Shown here piece after piece: positions 59,387-64,000 of a stretch of 64,000 nt of DNA. The stretch comes from Gekko japonicus (taxonomy: Eukaryota), in NCBI RefSeq assembly GCF_001447785.1, contig NW_015174851.1, positions 777,604-841,603 of the forward strand. The letters are read 5' to 3'. The notes below the pieces were generated by a model. That model was not told the DNA's origin, made no database searches, and saw nothing but the letters and a program-made list of their open reading frames with translations. The translations under genes and the position numbers were made by a program. Position 1 is the stretch's first letter. Every line of letters begins with the position of its first letter.

Positions 59387-62199
59387 ATTATGATTTTCAC
59401 TATGTGATCCCTGGTTATTTAGAATAACTCTAGAAAGGAGAAAACTTCTAAGAAGGAAAAAATGCTGCCAGAACAGCATAACATGGAAGGAGAAATAACA
59501 TTTTGATTATTTAAAGTGGGGTTTTTTTGGTGTGGGGGTTAATTTTTGTTCCCTTGAAAACATTTGTTTTATTGTGAAAACAGAAATAAGCAAACATTTG
59601 GTAGCAAACATTTGCATGAATCCCCAACATTGTTTGTGTGTGTGTGAGGGGGAAATCTGAAAGCTTTAAAGTGGGGAAGATAACAACCTTGAAAATAAAA
59701 AAAATCTATCTGGGAATGTGCAAATACAATGAATACCACTTCACAATGTTGAGCTCAGATCCCAAAATGGCATCCAGTATCTCATGAACATACCAGAAAT
59801 GGGCAGGTAGAGTAGGGAAGAGCAAAAGGTATAAGAGAGGAGATGCAGGGGCTATGAGTGGGAGTAGGAGAAGACACAGGAAAGCAGGAAGGGAGAGGAG
59901 GGAAAACAGAAATCAGGTGAGGGGCAAACAGGTACTGAAAGAAGTTGGGGAGAAAAAAAGACACAATTGAGACTGTGAGGGAAAAAAAAAGAGAGAGTAT
60001 GGGGCAAATGGGGAGGAGAAGGGATGACCAGGAGGGCACAAAAATTAGATGGGTGGTCAAGTGGGGGAGAAGAAAACAGCAAAGTAGGATGGGGGAAGGA
60101 AGAAAACCAGAGCAGCAGTAGGAAGGGAAGATGGGAACCATAGACCAGTGGGGAATGGTCCTCCAAGGCCCTTCCCCTTGCTTGTCCTTTGTCTTCCAGG
60201 AAAACTTTCAGTACCCCCCCGCTAACTAGTTAGAACCATTTTCTAGAAGCTTTTGCACGACCCTTTATTTGGACTAGTTTTCCACAAATATTGCCATTTA
60301 TTAACTATGGCACAATTGCCAGAAACCAAATAAGAGCTGCATTTCTCCTGGATGGAGAGTCAGTGATGAGGAAAAGTTTCACTTCCTCCCCAGTCCTACA
60401 GTGGTTAAAAGCACAGGAACACCCCCAAAGCAGCTGGAGTAGCACATCAGGTACATGTTTAAACTATTCTGCTTAATATCTGAGCTTTGCAAACCACTAG
60501 TGCCCTCTGAGAGTCAAGCTAATTGCTTTTTAACTAATGAACGAGTTTCATTAACCCTCAGTGATATTGTCATGTAGCAAAATACAGTTGTCTCCATGAT
60601 AATATCATTGTTACTAGGCATATGAAGGGCAATAGTTCCAGATAGACAAGCGGAGACCCGTGATACTCACAGAGGGGAATCCTGATACTCACAGGGGAGA
60701 AATCTTCCCCTATTGCTAATGGTTTCAGTGGTGGTAGGAGACTCACGGGGGATACTGGCATGGCTCCTGAGCCCAGCATTCTCTTATGCCACTGCTGGGC
60801 CAGGTGTGGCTGTTTGGCATTCTCCACCATCATGAGCTGGGGGGAGGGAAATCCCATATCTTCCCCCCAGTGCCACGTCGAGTGTGGCTTCTGAGCCCAG
60901 TGGCCTCCTCTGGCACTGCTGGGCACAGCACAGCTCCCAGGCTACCATTCTGCCAATATTGGGCTCAGTGCCATGCCACCAGGCTCAGCACAGCTTCCGC
61001 TCTGCTGTGTGACCGACAGTGAGCTCAGAGGAGAATTTTGGAGGGAATTTAAACCACCCACTTTTTAAAAATTAAGTCAGATTCTCCTGCAAACTTAGAG
61101 GTCCCCCCAATTTGCAGGGGAAAAAATCTCTTTAGTGTCAATGTGGTCCTGATCTACAGATTTAGATATCTGTGGATGGGGGCCACATATTGCTAATAGT
61201 ATATAGATAATGGTGCAAAGCAGTCACCAACTGGAACAGTGAAAAGGTTCACAGTAACATGCTATCTCCAACTAAAGTTAAGGAGTAAGATAGTTAAGGA
61301 GTACAGTGAATGTGTCCTCCTCTATATTTCAACTCAGCTGTAGTTTTAAATCTTACAAGGTGCCTCTGGCAAAATAAATTTGTTGGAGACAGAGATGAAA
61401 TGCTACAGCAGACTGAAGTCTTAAAACTGAATGATCTTGTAGCGTATTTGAGTTATATGTACCTCAAGAACAAAATTTGCTGTACTTTGAAAGCATACAC
61501 ATGGCTTCTATACTCTGTGATCTCTTATTGATGTGCTGATACACTGCCATCTTGTGAATATAGGGGGGAAATACATGAAAATCGATGAAGCTGAGAGCCC
61601 CAACTTTTAACAATCGCAGAAACTTGTTATACACATCTGTTTCTGTATACTTTTTCACACTGTACCTTCAGAGACATGTTTGGTGAAATGAAAAGACAGC
61701 AGAAAAATATACAAATGTTGAAAGAGAGGGAGGGAGAAAGAGAAACTGATAAAACAAAAACACCCGCAGTAGCTAGGTTAGAATAACCAGATTACTGTGA
61801 CAATTACCTTGCCATTCCCCCCACAATTCAAATTTGAACAGAAAATGGGTGGGTTAGGTAGGATAATTTTTATCAAGGGTATTGCAGAAGATTCGCTTTT
61901 TTGAGGACCTTCACATGAAAATAGAAATTTCAGGTAAAATAAAAATGAAACTTGTACGTTTGCTGACTATGGGAGACCATTAAGTGGCAATGCCTTTATG
62001 ACCAAGTTCACAGGACTGCTAGGGTAAATACAGGTTAAAGTTCCCTAGAGACAGATGGTGAGTTGTGCTCTTCACCCTAAAAAAGGATGTGAACCAGCAG
62101 AATCCATGTTCACCTGGAAAGGACATGTATTTAGTAGATATATTCACCATAATCACTATCTCACTTAATGATGAGGGTGTCTTACATATTAGTATGAGC

Positions 62200-63000
62200 A
62201 CCAAAATGAGTGGTTCAGGGCTAGTAGGGTTCTACAGATGGTGATGGAGAATCTAGAGGTATATCCAGAAAAATGATGTTTTTGGAACAACAAAATCAAC
62301 AACAACCCCAAACCATGCAGTTAAAGAAAGGGATAAATGTTGGGTGGGAAAATTTAAAGGATGATCAATGGTACATGATGATTATATATAGATTCAGTAA
62401 GAAAAAAAGAGGACTAATGGGAGAGAGGTTACACTCAACTTTAATACATTTCAGTGTTGGGGAGAGAAAAGGTGAACAAAATGTGGTTGAAGCAATTAAT
62501 TAAGTTCTGTCAACCCGAGGAAGCAGAGTACATGAGTGTCAGGTTGTCATTTGATAATATAACCCGGAAAGCATGTGGATGAAAACAAAATGGATAACAT
62601 TATCTGAAAATGTGCTGGGCACAAGTCTGTATTTCTGAACATGCACTGAGCAATAAATTAAGTTGATGGTCCTGGGAACAGAAAAGGAAAATCGGAAGAC
62701 AAACAGAAAGAAAAATGATGGCAGGAAAGTTTGGGCAAAGATTAGGATGTTGGGAAAGTGACAATTGACCTGACAGGCATATAAATCTGGAAACTGCAGG
62801 TAGCCATTCATAACCAGTCCAGAGTTTATGAGAAAAAGAATGGTTATAAAGCAGAGACAAATTTCAGAGACTCAGAGGGAAAAATTGACAGAGTGATATG
62901 AGAAAAATCTGAAAATCAGAGAGAGGGAAGTCAAACTCATGAAAGGAAAAAAAGATGGAAACATTTTATATCTAAGGAAAGATACAGGTAAGAAAAGAAG
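62200..63000 (+). pseudogene. Possible ancient L1-type ORF1 relic
   Basis: Purine-rich sense strand; IYRFSKKKRG..ERLHSTLIHF resembles the ORF1 RRM segment (YR.....RPR.ILV.F). Confidence 0.3.
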
Positions 63001-63494
63001 GCATTAGTAAATCAGAAACCATACACAAGCCATCTGAGGCTGCTTCCACATGGCAGCGATTACCATTGTCTAGTCATTGAGATGGCAAATGGAGAGTCCA
63101 CATGGGACTTTCCTCCACAGTTTCCGGGGCTTCCATTCCCACTCTCCTCCTGGATCCCCCCCCCCCAACATTACTGTGCTGAATTGGCTTAGGAAACGGG
63201 AGGGGGCGTTCTTTTCATAACCTCCCTAATGGGGGCTGCTTTGTGATCTGGGAATTGCTCTCTTCCACTTGGAGCCCTAACAAAAATGCTATTTCATTGG
63301 ACTCTTGTCACACTTTGCACATGACACCTGGATGGGGAAAACAGGCAGGCAGGAGTGAAGGTAAGACTGGTGGAGTGCAGCAGTGGGGCAGTCCTTTCCG
63401 TGTGATAGAGTGGCCCACTACTCATGAGGCAGAATATGCCACAATTCACCTTGATAGGAGCTGATGTGAAAGACCTATACTAGAGACCCTGGAA

Positions 63495-64000
63495 AGAACA
63501 TAAGAGCATAAGAGAAGCCAATGTTGGATCAGGCCAATGGCCCATCTAGTCCAACACTCTGTCACACAGTGGCTAAAAATACCACGTGCCATCAGGAGGT
63601 CCAGCAGTGGGGCCAGGACATTAGAAGCCCTCCCACTGTTGCCCCCCCCCAAGCACCAAGAATACACAGCATCACCTGCCCCAACCTGTGAGTTCCTATC
63701 TATACCTTGTGGCTAATAGCCACTGATGGACCTCTGCTCCATATGTTTATCCAGTTCCCTCTTGAAGCTGTCCATGCTTGTAGTGGCCACCACCTCCTGT
63801 GGCAGTAAATTCCAAGTGTTAATCACTCTTTGGGTGAAGAAGCACTTCCTTTTATCTGTTCTAACCTGACTGCTCGGCAATTCCATGGAGTGCCCAAGAG
63901 TTCTTGTATTGTGAGAAAGGGAGAAAAGTACTTCTTTCTCAACCTGCTCTATCCCATGCATAATCTGATAAACCTCGATCATGTTACCCCTCAGCCATCA
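63495..64000 (-). mobile_element. CR1 LINE 3' end, runs off the window
   Basis: IEVYQIMHGIEQVEKEVLFSLSHNTRT..WNLLPQEVV; aagaacataagagcataag tail; same subfamily as the 11909 and 33163 copies. Confidence 0.95.

Noticed and set aside
59780-60230. Purine-rich tract ending ctaactagt as a third Helitron
   Set aside because: No clear subterminal hairpin or 5' end, and no second copy in the window.

Overview
Vertebrate nuclear DNA, most likely a squamate and probably a gecko (inferred from the repeat landscape). I recognise no host protein-coding gene; the window is a dense, often nested, set of mobile elements. Main contents: (1) the 3' end of a DIRS tyrosine-recombinase retrotransposon (1-807). 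(2) An L1 whose 1249-aa ORF2 (1999-5748) is fully open while ORF1 carries at least five disabling lesions. (3) Five CR1 fragments, plus L2, RTE-X-like, BovB-type and Penelope relics; two Penelope relics contain decayed hammerhead-ribozyme cores. (4) Five copies of a ~520-bp CpG-rich, hairpin-rich Harbinger-like MITE; the four complete copies have 3-bp TSDs. (5) Several hAT-type MITEs with 8-bp TSDs. (6) Two ~1.7-kb non-autonomous Helitrons in opposite orientation, built largely from captured MITE fragments and with different 5' ends. (7) Two nested ORF2-less, L1-mobilised elements, each with its own TSD (47016-50282). (8) A decayed Gypsy chromovirus with one LTR (50851-56180). Two CTCF-like motifs and four weak minus-strand exon candidates are also noted. 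The most interesting hypothesis is a 'split L1' system, in which an ORF2-only-intact L1 coexists with ORF1-only (half-L1-like) elements. All family names come from motif recognition by eye; no database search was run.
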